A model generated the notes under the pieces. The model was not told where the DNA came from. It worked only from the letters and a program-made list of their open reading frames with translations, and searched no databases. Shown piece by piece: positions 34,444-44,221 of a stretch of DNA of 64,000 bases. The stretch covers positions 1,247 to 65,246 of the forward strand of contig JANRJR010000066.1 in assembly GCA_033763845.1 (NCBI GenBank), written 5' to 3'. Made by a program: the position numbers and the translations under genes. Positions within the stretch are counted from its first letter, which is position 1, and each line of letters opens with the position of its first letter. Origin of the DNA: Gammaproteobacteria bacterium (GTDB taxonomy: Bacteria > Pseudomonadota > Gammaproteobacteria > DASZBR01).

Positions 34444-34871
34444 AAATCAGCAATGATGCAGCTGCTGATTTTGCTCTTCGACCAAAAAATTTGGCCATTC
34501 AATGCTTCAATGCCCTCTAAGATATAACTATATTCGGCGTTGGCCTTGCCAATATTTTGTGAGGTAGCGGTAATTTTAACGCTATTTTGACCTGATGAAC
34601 TGACCCCAACCGTTTTAACTTTGCTTTGCTGCAATGACGAATTATCGACCAATTGCGGCAATCCCTGTTGTTCAACACAACCCGCCAAACTTCCATGTTC
34701 GCGCGCACAGGATTCAACAGCTAATTTCAGGGGCGAAACGGCTTGAATCACTTCAGCGAACTTTGCTTTGAGGGTATAGTTTTGATAAGAAGGAAGCGCA
34801 ACAGCAGCAAGAACAGCAATAATGGCAACAACAATCATCAACTCAATTAAACTGAAGCCTTTCATTATCAT
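34437..34871 (-). CDS. pilA: Type IVa major pilin
   Basis: G/FSLIELMIVVAII cleavage site with E5, PSYQNY, C-terminal Cys pair. Confidence 0.9.
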   Translation of the reverse strand: MIMKGFSLIELMIVVAIIAVLAAVALPSYQNYTLKAKFAEVIQAVSPLKLAVESCAREHGSLAGCVEQQGLPQLVDNSSLQQSKVKTVGVSSSGQNSVKITATSQNIGKANAEYSYILEGIEALNGQIFWSKSKISSCIIADLC

Positions 34872-34964
34872 AAAACATCTCCGTACGGGTTATTACTATT
34901 GAGACGGCAGTATGCCAAACGAAATGGCTTGTCGCAACACCGAATTGTTTCTTATACTAGGCAA

Positions 34965-36755
34965 ATGAAAAAATTACTGACCGACTTGATTTCTCAAGCA
35001 TTAAAAACATTAGACTTGGACACCAACGCTAATATTCATATTGAATATACACGTGACAGCGTGCATGGTGATTTTGCATCCAATATTGCAATGAGCTTAG
35101 CAAAAACGCTGAAAAAAAATCCGCGCGAATTAGCGCAGCAAATTATTTCTGCGATTCCACCCTCACCCGTTATCACTAAAACAGAATTAGCCGGGCCTGG
35201 GTTTATTAATTTTTATGTCACACCAAATTATTTCTTGCCCTTGTTAGAAAATATTAAAGAACAAAAAAATAAATTTGGGCTATCCACCATTGGCAAAGGT
35301 CGTAAAATTCATGTGGAATTTGTATCTTCCAACCCAACCGGTCCGTTACATGTCGGACATGGTCGAGGGGCAGCATACGGCGCAACCTTATGTGATTTAT
35401 TAGCTGCTATAGGGTGCGATGTTCATCGCGAATATTATGTCAATGACGCCGGTCGCCAGATGGATATTTTGGCCACGAGTATTTATTTGCGATATTTAGA
35501 ATTATCTGGCGAAAAATTTGAATTCCCCTTAAACGGCTACAAAGGCGATTACGTCCACGACATAGCAAATACCCTCTTCAACTCTCATGGTGATTTATTT
35601 CATAAACCTATTGGAAAAATCTTAAACAATACCCCAGAAAATAATGAAGCAAATAAAGAACAGTACATAGACATTGTTATTGAAAATACCAAAAGCCTAT
35701 TAGGAGAAGTAAATTATGAAATTATATTTGATCATGGATTAAAGATAATATTAGAGGACATAAAAGAAGACTTAGAAGAATTTGGCGTTACATATGATGA
35801 ATGGTTCAGTGAAAAAGGATTATGGATTTCACCAATTAATTCACCGCCACCAGCCTGGAAATACAACCGTCCATCCAATCAAAAAACTAGTTTCGGTGAA
35901 CAAGCCATCAAACAATTAGAAGCTAAAGGTTATATTTACGAAAAAGATGGCGCCGTTTGGTTTAAATCAACATCATTTGGCGATGACAAAGACAGAGTCG
36001 TTACGCGTGAAAATGGTTTACACACCTATTTTGCCAGCGATATTGCATACCACAAATGGAAATTCGATCACTACAACGAAGTAATTAATGTATTGGGCGC
36101 CGATCATCACGGATATATTCCAAGATTAAAAGCCATTATTGAAGCACTCGGTTACCCTGTCGAAAAATTTCACGCGCCTATCGTGCAATTTGCGGCACTG
36201 TATCGCGGGAAAGAAAAAGTCTCGATGTCGACACGCTCCGGTGAATTTGTCACGTTACGAGAATTACGCAACGAAGTGGGTAAAGATGCCGCGCGCTATT
36301 TTTATGTTTCGCGTAAAGCCGATCAACACATGGATTTCGATTTAGAACTCGCCAAATCCAAAACAAACGAAAATCCTGTATTTTATATTCAATATGCGCA
36401 TGCACGAATTTGCAGTGTCTTTCGTCAACTGCCAGACAAAAATTTAAACTGGAAAGCAGATGAGGGTTTGAAACATCTAAGTTTATTGGAAGCCCCTACT
36501 GAAAAAGCATTGATGTTGATGTTGGGTCGCTATGCCGACATCATTCAAACCGCAGCGCTGCAGTATGACCCACATCTGCTTGCGCACTACTTAAGAGATC
36601 TGGCAGAAAGCTTCCATGCTTATTATAATGCCTGTCCGTTTCTCATTCCCGAAGAAACCTTGCGTCACGCAAGGTTGTGTTTAGTCGATGCTACACGACA
36701 AATTCTCTCAAACGGATTACAATTACTGAATGTATCCGCACCAGAGACCATGTAA
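34965..36755 (+). CDS. argS: Arginine-tRNA ligase
   Basis: EFVSSNPTGPLHVGH, YFASDIAYH, MSTRSG, QYAHARI; start set at MKKLL. Confidence 0.97.
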   Translation: MKKLLTDLISQALKTLDLDTNANIHIEYTRDSVHGDFASNIAMSLAKTLKKNPRELAQQIISAIPPSPVITKTELAGPGFINFYVTPNYFLPLLENIKEQKNKFGLSTIGKGRKIHVEFVSSNPTGPLHVGHGRGAAYGATLCDLLAAIGCDVHREYYVNDAGRQMDILATSIYLRYLELSGEKFEFPLNGYKGDYVHDIANTLFNSHGDLFHKPIGKILNNTPENNEANKEQYIDIVIENTKSLLGEVNYEIIFDHGLKIILEDIKEDLEEFGVTYDEWFSEKGLWISPINSPPPAWKYNRPSNQKTSFGEQAIKQLEAKGYIYEKDGAVWFKSTSFGDDKDRVVTRENGLHTYFASDIAYHKWKFDHYNEVINVLGADHHGYIPRLKAIIEALGYPVEKFHAPIVQFAALYRGKEKVSMSTRSGEFVTLRELRNEVGKDAARYFYVSRKADQHMDFDLELAKSKTNENPVFYIQYAHARICSVFRQLPDKNLNWKADEGLKHLSLLEAPTEKALMLMLGRYADIIQTAALQYDPHLLAHYLRDLAESFHAYYNACPFLIPEETLRHARLCLVDATRQILSNGLQLLNVSAPETM

Positions 36756-36775
36756 CCTGTAGACAAGAGAGTTAA

Positions 36776-37429
36776 ATGCCAAGAGATTACAAAAGCCGTT
36801 CCCGACGAAGTCGTGATGAGCACGAAAGTGAAGGTCCATCCCCTCTCGTTTGGTTATTCGTTGGAATCTTAATTGGCCTGATTATTTCAGGAATTTTTTA
36901 TCTACGCGGCCAGCATTCCACGCCTGTGACAATTACTAAACCCGCACCCACTGCAAAACATACTCCCAAAAAAGTTCAAGAAGATAAAGCTATACAACCT
37001 GACCAAAAACAAACTCCAACGAATTCACAAAATTTACAAACGCAGTTTGATTTTTACAATGTTTTACCGAACAAATCTCAAAATGTACCAGCCGCAACTG
37101 CTTCACCAACAACATCATCATCCACAACAGCAGCGTCACCCACTCCAGCACAAACTTCGACACCTGCGGCAACTAGCACAACAACGGACCCTAGCGGCAA
37201 TTACGCCGTTCAAATTGCAACAATGTCTAAAGCCAGTGATGCAGATCAATTAAAAGCCCAGCTATTGTTATTGGGATTTGATGTAAACGTCACACCAGTG
37301 CAGAAAAACGGCCAGACGCTTGAACGTGTCTGGATAGGCCCATTCACGAACAAAAACGACGCTGTTGGGACACAAAAACAGCTTCAGCAGAATCAAATCA
37401 CCAGCAAACTCTTGAAAGTAACCTCATAG
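36776..37429 (+). CDS. SPOR domain cell division protein (FtsN-like)
   Basis: MPRDY N-terminus, one TM, FDFYNVLP, low-complexity linker, C-terminal SPOR; argS-SPOR-hslVU synteny. Confidence 0.85.
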   Translation: MPRDYKSRSRRSRDEHESEGPSPLVWLFVGILIGLIISGIFYLRGQHSTPVTITKPAPTAKHTPKKVQEDKAIQPDQKQTPTNSQNLQTQFDFYNVLPNKSQNVPAATASPTTSSSTTAASPTPAQTSTPAATSTTTDPSGNYAVQIATMSKASDADQLKAQLLLLGFDVNVTPVQKNGQTLERVWIGPFTNKNDAVGTQKQLQQNQITSKLLKVTS

Positions 37430-37436
37430 GCCCCAT
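37411..37436 (+). promoter_or_regulatory. sigma32 heat-shock promoter of hslVU
   Basis: CTTGAA-N14-CCCCAT, matching the RpoH consensus. Confidence 0.85.
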
Positions 37437-37489
37437 TTAATTAATGTCCTTCTCCTGAATGAGAGAAGGTAATTATTAGGAGATCTCCT

Positions 37490-38038
37490 TTGGAACAATA
37501 TCGCGGAACAACCATTTTATGCGTACGTCGCAACGGTAAAGTTGTGATCGGCGGCGACGGTCAAGTCACTATGGGCCAAAGCATTGTCATGAAAGGCAAC
37601 GCCAAAAAAGTGCGCCGCTTATATCAAAATAAAATTCTCGCCGGTTTCGCCGGAGGTACTGCTGATGCATTTACTTTATTTGAACGCTTTGAAAATAAAC
37701 TCGAAAAACATCAAGGGAATTTAATGCGATCGGCAGTTGAGTTAGCCAAAGATTGGCGTACCGATAGAATGTTACGTCGACTTGAAGCGCTATTAATTGT
37801 CGCCGATCCTGAAAAAACATTAGTGATTACAGGTAACGGCGATGTTATTGAGCCTGATCATGATTCTATTGCAATTGGTTCCGGTGGACCTTTTGCACAA
37901 GCTGCATCTCGTGCGTTATTAGAAAATACTAAATTAACCGCACGTCAAATCGTAGAAAACAGTTTAAATATTGCTGCTGACATGTGCGTATTTACCAATC
38001 ACAATTTATTAATCGAAGAATTATCCAAGGATAAATAA
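37490..38038 (+). CDS. hslV: ATP-dependent protease subunit HslV
   Basis: GTTIL Ntn Thr, GDGQVT, GSGG; TTG start. Confidence 0.97.
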   Translation: MEQYRGTTILCVRRNGKVVIGGDGQVTMGQSIVMKGNAKKVRRLYQNKILAGFAGGTADAFTLFERFENKLEKHQGNLMRSAVELAKDWRTDRMLRRLEALLIVADPEKTLVITGNGDVIEPDHDSIAIGSGGPFAQAASRALLENTKLTARQIVENSLNIAADMCVFTNHNLLIEELSKDK

Positions 38039-38039
38039 A

Positions 38040-39395
38040 ATGCCTATTGAAATTCAAACCAATGTGATGACACCACCCCAAATCGTAGCTGAGCTCGACA
38101 AATTTATTATTGGTCAACAAGACGCCAAACGCGCAGTTGCGATTGCGGTTCGAAATCGTTGGCGCCGTATGCAATTAGAACCTGAATTACGCGCTGAAAT
38201 TAAACCGAAAAATATTTTAATGATTGGACCGACTGGCGTAGGTAAAACAGAAATTGCACGTCGATTAGCAAAAATTGCGAATGCACCCTTCTTAAAAGTT
38301 GAAGCAACCAAATTTACTGAAGTCGGATACGTCGGTCGTGATGTCGATTCTATTATTCGCGATTTAATGGACGTAGCTGTTGTCGATATGCGTAAAATGG
38401 CAATGGATAAAGTTAAAGATAAAGCCAAAAATTCTGCTGAAGATAGAATATTAGATATTTTAGTACCCAAACCGCCTCGCGATAACTTATCAGAACACGA
38501 TCCATTACGCGAAAAAGAAGAGTCTGCCGCAAGACAACTTTATCGCAAAAAAATACATGCCAATGAGCTGGACGACAAAGAAATTGAAATTGATATTGCT
38601 GCTGCCATTGGTGTAGAAATCATGGCGCCTCCTGGCATGGAAGAAATGACACAGCAATTGCAATCCATGTTTCAAAACATGGCAAGCGATAAAAAGAAAA
38701 AGCGCAAAATGAAAATCAAAGATGCATTAAAATTAATTACCGATGAAGAAGCCTCAAAATTAATTGACGAAGAAGAGACGCGTCGAAAAGCATTACAGAA
38801 CGTTGAACAAAACGGGATTGTATTTATAGATGAGATGGACAAAATTACGCGTCGTGGCGAATTTTCGGGTGCGGATGTTTCGCGCGAAGGTGTACAGCGT
38901 GATTTATTGCCCATTATAGAAGGCTCGACGGTGAATACAAAATTTGGCCCTGTTAAAACCGATCATATTTTATTTATTGCGTCAGGAGCATTTCAATTAA
39001 GCAAGCCTTCAGATTTAATTCCGGAATTACAGGGCCGCTTACCGATTCGCGTAGAATTATCTGCGTTGAGCGTTAATGATTTCGTGAGTATTTTGACAGA
39101 GCCCAGTGCCTCACTCACAAAACAATACGAAGCATTATTAGGCACGGAAAATGTCAAAATAGAATTTTCAACCGATGGCATTAAACGTGTCGCGGAAATT
39201 GCGTTTCAAGTGAACGAGCGAACAGAAAACATTGGCGCGCGACGCTTACATACTGTCATGGAAAAATTATTAGAAAACATTTCGTTTGATGCCGCAAACA
39301 AATCCAGCAAAAAACTCAAAATAGACTCCAAATACGTCAATTCACAATTAGAGAAATTAGCAAAAGATGAAGACTTGAGTCAGTATATTTTATGA
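38040..39395 (+). CDS. hslU: ATP-dependent protease ATPase HslU
   Basis: [28 protein letters not shown]. Confidence 0.98.
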   Translation: MPIEIQTNVMTPPQIVAELDKFIIGQQDAKRAVAIAVRNRWRRMQLEPELRAEIKPKNILMIGPTGVGKTEIARRLAKIANAPFLKVEATKFTEVGYVGRDVDSIIRDLMDVAVVDMRKMAMDKVKDKAKNSAEDRILDILVPKPPRDNLSEHDPLREKEESAARQLYRKKIHANELDDKEIEIDIAAAIGVEIMAPPGMEEMTQQLQSMFQNMASDKKKKRKMKIKDALKLITDEEASKLIDEEETRRKALQNVEQNGIVFIDEMDKITRRGEFSGADVSREGVQRDLLPIIEGSTVNTKFGPVKTDHILFIASGAFQLSKPSDLIPELQGRLPIRVELSALSVNDFVSILTEPSASLTKQYEALLGTENVKIEFSTDGIKRVAEIAFQVNERTENIGARRLHTVMEKLLENISFDAANKSSKKLKIDSKYVNSQLEKLAKDEDLSQYIL

Positions 39396-40252
39396 TAACG
39401 GAATTTGGATTATCTCAATGGACTGAAACACCGGATTCGTCAGCACAATCCTCCATGATTGATGCGCTCGAGAATGGGCATGTTTTATTATTTAAATCAC
39501 TTCCGTTTCAATTAGAACCTCACGAAAAAAAATTTCTCACACCAGAGATTATTAATACGCCTAAACGCAAAAACATTAGCTATAACCTAAATAATAAAGA
39601 TATGAAGGGTTGTGAAAATCCGGCGGTCGCACAAATGATGGATCGCTTTTCAAACTCTGCAAGCCAATTAATTAATAATTTATTTCCCCACTATAAAAAT
39701 CATATCAAAACTGGTCGAACCAGTTACCGTCCCGTTGAAATCGCTACGCGCGCCCCGCTATCTGGCAGCAAAGATGACAGACTTTTACATGTCGATGCAT
39801 TTCCAGCTACGCCTGTTGCTGGCAAAAGAATATTGCGAGTTTTCAGCAATATTCACCCTAATCATGGAACGAGAGATTGGAGATTAGGAAAAAGCTTTGC
39901 AGAAGCCATGGAAAAATTTATTCCCCAAATTTCTAAACCACTGCCAGGCATTAGAACCTTAAAAAAATTATTTAAAATTACGCGCGGCTACCAGACGTTA
40001 TATGATTATTACATGCTGAATTTGCATAACACGATGAAAGCGGATGAAAATTATCAAAGAAAATATCCTGATATTTATGCTCTGCCTTCTCAATCTACGT
40101 GGATAGTTTTTACTGATGCTGCACCGCATGCAGCGATGGGAGGCCAATTTTTATTAGAACAAACTTTCTATCTACCTCCGGAAAATATGGCGTTTCCGGA
40201 GCGTTCACCGTTGAAACGGCTAGAGAAGTTTTTAAACACTCCGCTCGTTTAA
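39392..40252 (+). CDS. Kdo hydroxylase family (KdoO-like) dioxygenase
   Basis: [53 protein letters not shown]. Confidence 0.85.
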   Translation: MITEFGLSQWTETPDSSAQSSMIDALENGHVLLFKSLPFQLEPHEKKFLTPEIINTPKRKNISYNLNNKDMKGCENPAVAQMMDRFSNSASQLINNLFPHYKNHIKTGRTSYRPVEIATRAPLSGSKDDRLLHVDAFPATPVAGKRILRVFSNIHPNHGTRDWRLGKSFAEAMEKFIPQISKPLPGIRTLKKLFKITRGYQTLYDYYMLNLHNTMKADENYQRKYPDIYALPSQSTWIVFTDAAPHAAMGGQFLLEQTFYLPPENMAFPERSPLKRLEKFLNTPLV

Positions 40253-41496
40253 TCCCGCACAAACAGCAAACTCACCCACGCCAACACTAAATAAATCGGC
40301 AAAATCACAAATGCATGATGGTAATCACTTAATGAATAATGTCGCGCACCATTCACCAATTCACCACTCCAATGCAAATCCAAAAAATTTCCAACAATGG
40401 GTTGCGTCAACGCACCTATAATATCGCCGCCCGTATTCACCATCGCAACCACCGTTCCGACCATTAATACGGGATTTAAATTTTTCGCTAATACAAACGC
40501 TAATAAAATTGCGGCAGAACATAATCCAACCATGAACATCAACAATCCAATCAGCCATACAGATAAGTGATGTTCATAAATTAAGATCAACAAACTTAAA
40601 CTCGATACAATAGCGGCGATTTTCATAATAAACGCATGTGCATTTGTTTTGTCGGCAATAAATCCTAAAATAGGTCCGCCCAAACCAAATCCCACAAAAA
40701 TCAATGACAATAAAAACGATGCCTGTTCTAAGCTCATCGGATACGCTGCGCATAAAAACGGATTTCCCCATAATCCACCCAACACCGAAACCGGCGAAAA
40801 TGCACAGCCACTATAAATGGTCAACGCCCAATTTGTAGGGCTTTTTAAAATATTAATTAGATTATTTAATGAAAAGGATTCAGTATCCGTGGAAGTAGCA
40901 GTATTTTTTGAAATTGGATTATCACGCGCAATCACAAAGAAAACAAAGGCAATTAAAAATCCCAACAAAGACACATCAAACAACATTTTTCGCCAACCAA
41001 TATGATGCAATACAAAAACTAATGGCGCTTCACCAAATACCGCACCTAACATAATCGCAGTTCCTAATAATCCACTCACAAATGCAAAGTGCTGTGGCTT
41101 AAAATTATCCGCGCCGCATTTAAGATAACTCACTGTCGCAAAACTGGTTCCCATACCAATCAACATGCGCGACAACATTGCTGAACCAAAAAATTGGGAA
41201 TAACTGAAAAATAATGCACCCAACGCACACATAGCGATGGCTAATGGCGTCACTCTTTTTACACCAAATTTATCTAATAATGGCCCCGCAAATATTTGAA
41301 CCACTAAATAGCCATAAAAATACATGGCGGCAAGATTCCCCAATTGCGCGCCATTAATGTGAAACGCTTTCATGAGATTGTCGCTCATGATGCCGGGTGA
41401 GACTTGTAATACGTATTTATAAAACAAAAAAGCAGCAGATAAAGCGATAATAAAAATAGGATAGTTTCGGTCTAAAAAATTCTTTGCTGATGTCAT
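40249..41496 (-). CDS. MFS transporter, Pht (phagosomal transporter)-like
   Basis: About 12 TMs, LQVSP, GPLLDKFG motif A, LWG, YSLSDY tail typical of Legionella/Coxiella MFS. Confidence 0.8.
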   Translation of the reverse strand: MTSAKNFLDRNYPIFIIALSAAFLFYKYVLQVSPGIMSDNLMKAFHINGAQLGNLAAMYFYGYLVVQIFAGPLLDKFGVKRVTPLAIAMCALGALFFSYSQFFGSAMLSRMLIGMGTSFATVSYLKCGADNFKPQHFAFVSGLLGTAIMLGAVFGEAPLVFVLHHIGWRKMLFDVSLLGFLIAFVFFVIARDNPISKNTATSTDTESFSLNNLINILKSPTNWALTIYSGCAFSPVSVLGGLWGNPFLCAAYPMSLEQASFLLSLIFVGFGLGGPILGFIADKTNAHAFIMKIAAIVSSLSLLILIYEHHLSVWLIGLLMFMVGLCSAAILLAFVLAKNLNPVLMVGTVVAMVNTGGDIIGALTQPIVGNFLDLHWSGELVNGARHYSLSDYHHAFVILPIYLVLAWVSLLFVRD

Positions 41497-41552
41497 AATC
41501 CGTCTCTCTGATTTGGCTGGGGGAAAAACGTCAAATTTTGGATAAAAAGAGA

Positions 41553-41612
41553 TTAGTGCCGGGTGGCACAGACATTACAGACGAAAAATTGAGGGGTAGA
41601 AAAAATATTCAT
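41553..41612 (-). CDS. Putative leaderless leader peptide MNIFSTPQFFVCNVCATRH
   Basis: The ATG falls on the predicted +1 of the promoter below; the stop abuts a hairpin and T-rich tract upstream of the MFS gene. Confidence 0.5.
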   Translation of the reverse strand: MNIFSTPQFFVCNVCATRH

Positions 41613-41618
41613 TGAATG

Positions 41619-41648
41619 AATGTACTGGAAAGTGATGAAGACTGTCAA
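41619..41648 (-). promoter_or_regulatory. sigma70 promoter for the uORF and MFS
   Basis: Minus strand TTGACA (41648-41643), 18-nt spacer, TACATT (41624-41619). Confidence 0.7.
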
Positions 41649-41683
41649 GCACTTACTCTATAACTCAATCGAAGCTCTAGTGA

Positions 41684-41788
41684 TGTCATCCTGAACACAT
41701 CGAAGTATCTTATTTGAATTTTTAATCTTAGCGCCTTAGGAAGGCAAGTAGATAGAGATCCCACACGCCTACAGCGTTCGGGAGAACA
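41684..41788. repeat. Degenerate TGTC-tagged palindromic repeat overlapping the prmB 3' end
   Basis: Left arm TGTCATCCTGAAC..GAAGTATCT; the reverse complement of 41754-41788 matches the 44148 copy at 26/35. Confidence 0.65.
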
Positions 41789-42653
41789 AATCTTTTCTAC
41801 TCAACAAAAACACCTCGCCTTCCCCATGCTCAAATTCAAGCCAAATAAAAGGCAAATCGGGAAATTGTTTGATTAATTCTCCCGCAGAATTTCCGACTTC
41901 GACAATTAAAATTCCATCATCGGATAAATAATTTTTAGCTTGTTTTAAAATTATTTTCACCAAATCTAATCCGTCATTGCCGGCTTTTAACGCTAAATCA
42001 GGTTCATGCAAATACTCGCTCGGCAAATCATCCATGTCTTCTTTATCGACATACGGTGGATTGGAAATAATCACATCGAATTTTTGTTCTGGAATACTTT
42101 CAAATAAATCACTCTTGATTAATTTAACACGACTTTCCAAGTGATACTTTTTAAGGTTTATCTCGGCGACATCTAGTGCATCTCGTGAAACATCAGTAGC
42201 CACGACGCTTGCCTCAGGAAAAACCTCCGCACATAAGACCGCAATACATCCCGAACCCGTACACAAATCCAACATATTTTTTATTTTGTCCGGGTTAATC
42301 CACGGCATAAATTGCTTATGAATACTCTCCGCCATCGGCGAACGCGGGATTAACACACGCTCATCCACATAAAATGACATACCCCCAAAATTCGCTTCGT
42401 GAGTTAAATATGGCGCCGGCTTTTTTTCAGTGATACGTCTTTGATATAGCGCTAAAAGCTGATCTTTCTCGTCTAAAGTAAGCACCCGCTCGCCAACTTC
42501 ACGCGGACTGTCATACGGAAGTCTCAATAAAAACAGGGCCAAATACACCGCTTCATCCCACGCATTATCTGTTCCATGCCCAAAATGCAGACCCGCTTCG
42601 TCAAATGCGTTCGCGCCCCACTCAATGCAATCGTTTAATGTCGTTAAAGACAT
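41769..42653 (-). CDS. prmB: 50S ribosomal protein L3 N5-glutamine methyltransferase
   Basis: FGHGTDNAWDEA, VLIPRSP, LDLCTGSGCI, SNPPYV, VEVGNS. Confidence 0.95.
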   Translation of the reverse strand: MSLTTLNDCIEWGANAFDEAGLHFGHGTDNAWDEAVYLALFLLRLPYDSPREVGERVLTLDEKDQLLALYQRRITEKKPAPYLTHEANFGGMSFYVDERVLIPRSPMAESIHKQFMPWINPDKIKNMLDLCTGSGCIAVLCAEVFPEASVVATDVSRDALDVAEINLKKYHLESRVKLIKSDLFESIPEQKFDVIISNPPYVDKEDMDDLPSEYLHEPDLALKAGNDGLDLVKIILKQAKNYLSDDGILIVEVGNSAGELIKQFPDLPFIWLEFEHGEGEVFLLSRKDLFSRTL

Positions 42654-42718
42654 GAAAAATCCCCACAAATAATGCTATCATAGCATGGTTTACCCACTCG
42701 TCCGGCGGATATACGAAC

Positions 42719-43348
42719 ATGAAAAAGACCATCATCATCGGCATTTCCGGAGCTTCCGCTTCAGGCAAAAGCCTTTTAGCCAATACTATTCTAAGTGAAT
42801 TGAGCTCTGAACAAGTCGTCGTTATTCCCGAAGATTCTTACTATAAAGATCATCCAAACATGCCGGATGAAGAACGGGCCAAAATTAATTTCGATCACCC
42901 TGATGCATTTGATCATGACTTACTGTGTCAACATCTCGAAGCGTGGCAACAAGGTAAAAGTGTTGATGTCCCGCGATATGACTTCACCACTCACCGTCGC
43001 TCACCTGAAACGCACCGCGTGGGACAACATACCATCGTTATCTTAGAAGGTATCTTGTTGTTTGCTGAAAAAAAATTACGCGAATTAATGGACATACGAA
43101 TTTTCATGGATACCCCATTAGATATATGTTTGATCCGTCGCGCCCGTCGTGATGTTATTCAACGTCACCGGACATTTGAATCTGTATTATTACAATATGA
43201 AACTACGGTTAGACCCATGTATCTACAATTTATTGAGCCGTCAAAACGCTATGCGGATATTATTGTTCCGCGCGGCGGGGAAAATCGCATTGCGATTGAT
43301 ATGATCAAAGCTAAAATGCGTGAATTATTAGTTAACGCTAACGTTTAA
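42719..43348 (+). CDS. udk: Uridine kinase
   Basis: [31 protein letters not shown]. Confidence 0.96.
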   Translation: MKKTIIIGISGASASGKSLLANTILSELSSEQVVVIPEDSYYKDHPNMPDEERAKINFDHPDAFDHDLLCQHLEAWQQGKSVDVPRYDFTTHRRSPETHRVGQHTIVILEGILLFAEKKLRELMDIRIFMDTPLDICLIRRARRDVIQRHRTFESVLLQYETTVRPMYLQFIEPSKRYADIIVPRGGENRIAIDMIKAKMRELLVNANV

Positions 43349-43364
43349 TTTCAGGAGAAATTTC

Positions 43365-44147
43365 ATGGGATTTTTATCAGGTAAGAAAATTTTAGTCACC
43401 GGTGTGTTAAGCGACCGTTCTATTGCCTCAGGAATCGCTGAAGCATTAGTGAGAGAAGGCGCTGAAATTGCCCTCACCTATCAAAACGAAAAATTACGTG
43501 AACGTGTAGAAGAGATTGCAAAACAGTGGAATGTCAAAATGTTAATTCCGTGCGATGTGTCTAGCGATGAAGAAATCACCAAAACATTTTCTGAATTAAA
43601 AAAGCATTGGTCCAATTTAGATGGCGTTGTTCACTCGATTGCCTTTGCACCACGCGAAGAATTAGAAGGCGATTTTGTTGAAAAAACTTCTCGCGAAGGT
43701 TTTAAAACAGCGCATGAAATCAGCAGTTATAGTTTTACAGCACTCGCACGCGCTGCATTACCCATGCTAAATGAAAATGCTGCGTTATTAACCTTAACGT
43801 ATTTAGGTTCAGAAAAAGCCATGCCATCTTATAATGTCATGGGATTAGCAAAAGCAAGTTTAGAAGCAAATGTACGTTACATGGCAGCCAGTTTAGGCCC
43901 GAAAAAAATTCGTGTGAACGCCATTTCTGCAGGACCAATTCGCACATTAGCGGCATCGGGTGTCAGCGGTTTACGCAAAATGTTAGCGTACAACGAAAAA
44001 GTTTCACCGCTACGTCAGAACGTAACGATTGAGCAAGTGGGAAATACCGCTGCGTTTTTATGTTCAGATTTATCATCAGGGATTACGGGTGAAGTGATTC
44101 ACGTTGACGCAGGATTTCACGCGATGGCGATGGGAGAGCTGGAGTAG
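43365..44147 (+). CDS. fabI: Enoyl-ACP reductase
   Basis: [33 protein letters not shown]. Confidence 0.96.
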   Translation: MGFLSGKKILVTGVLSDRSIASGIAEALVREGAEIALTYQNEKLRERVEEIAKQWNVKMLIPCDVSSDEEITKTFSELKKHWSNLDGVVHSIAFAPREELEGDFVEKTSREGFKTAHEISSYSFTALARAALPMLNENAALLTLTYLGSEKAMPSYNVMGLAKASLEANVRYMAASLGPKKIRVNAISAGPIRTLAASGVSGLRKMLAYNEKVSPLRQNVTIEQVGNTAAFLCSDLSSGITGEVIHVDAGFHAMAMGELE

Positions 44148-44182
44148 TGTCATCCCGAGCGCCATAGGCGCGAGGGACCTCC
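44148..44182 (+). repeat. Single-arm TGTC-tagged repeat directly after the fabI stop
   Basis: TGTCATCCCGAGCGCCATAGGCGCGAGGGACCTCC with an internal GCGCC/GGCGC hairpin. Confidence 0.75.
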
Positions 44183-44221
44183 CACATTTTAATTGAGAAT
44201 AATTAATTAGGAACTGCATTT

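Noticed and set aside
34895-34925. sigma54 promoter for pilA (TTGGCAT on the minus strand)
   Set aside because: No GC at the required GG-N10-GC position.
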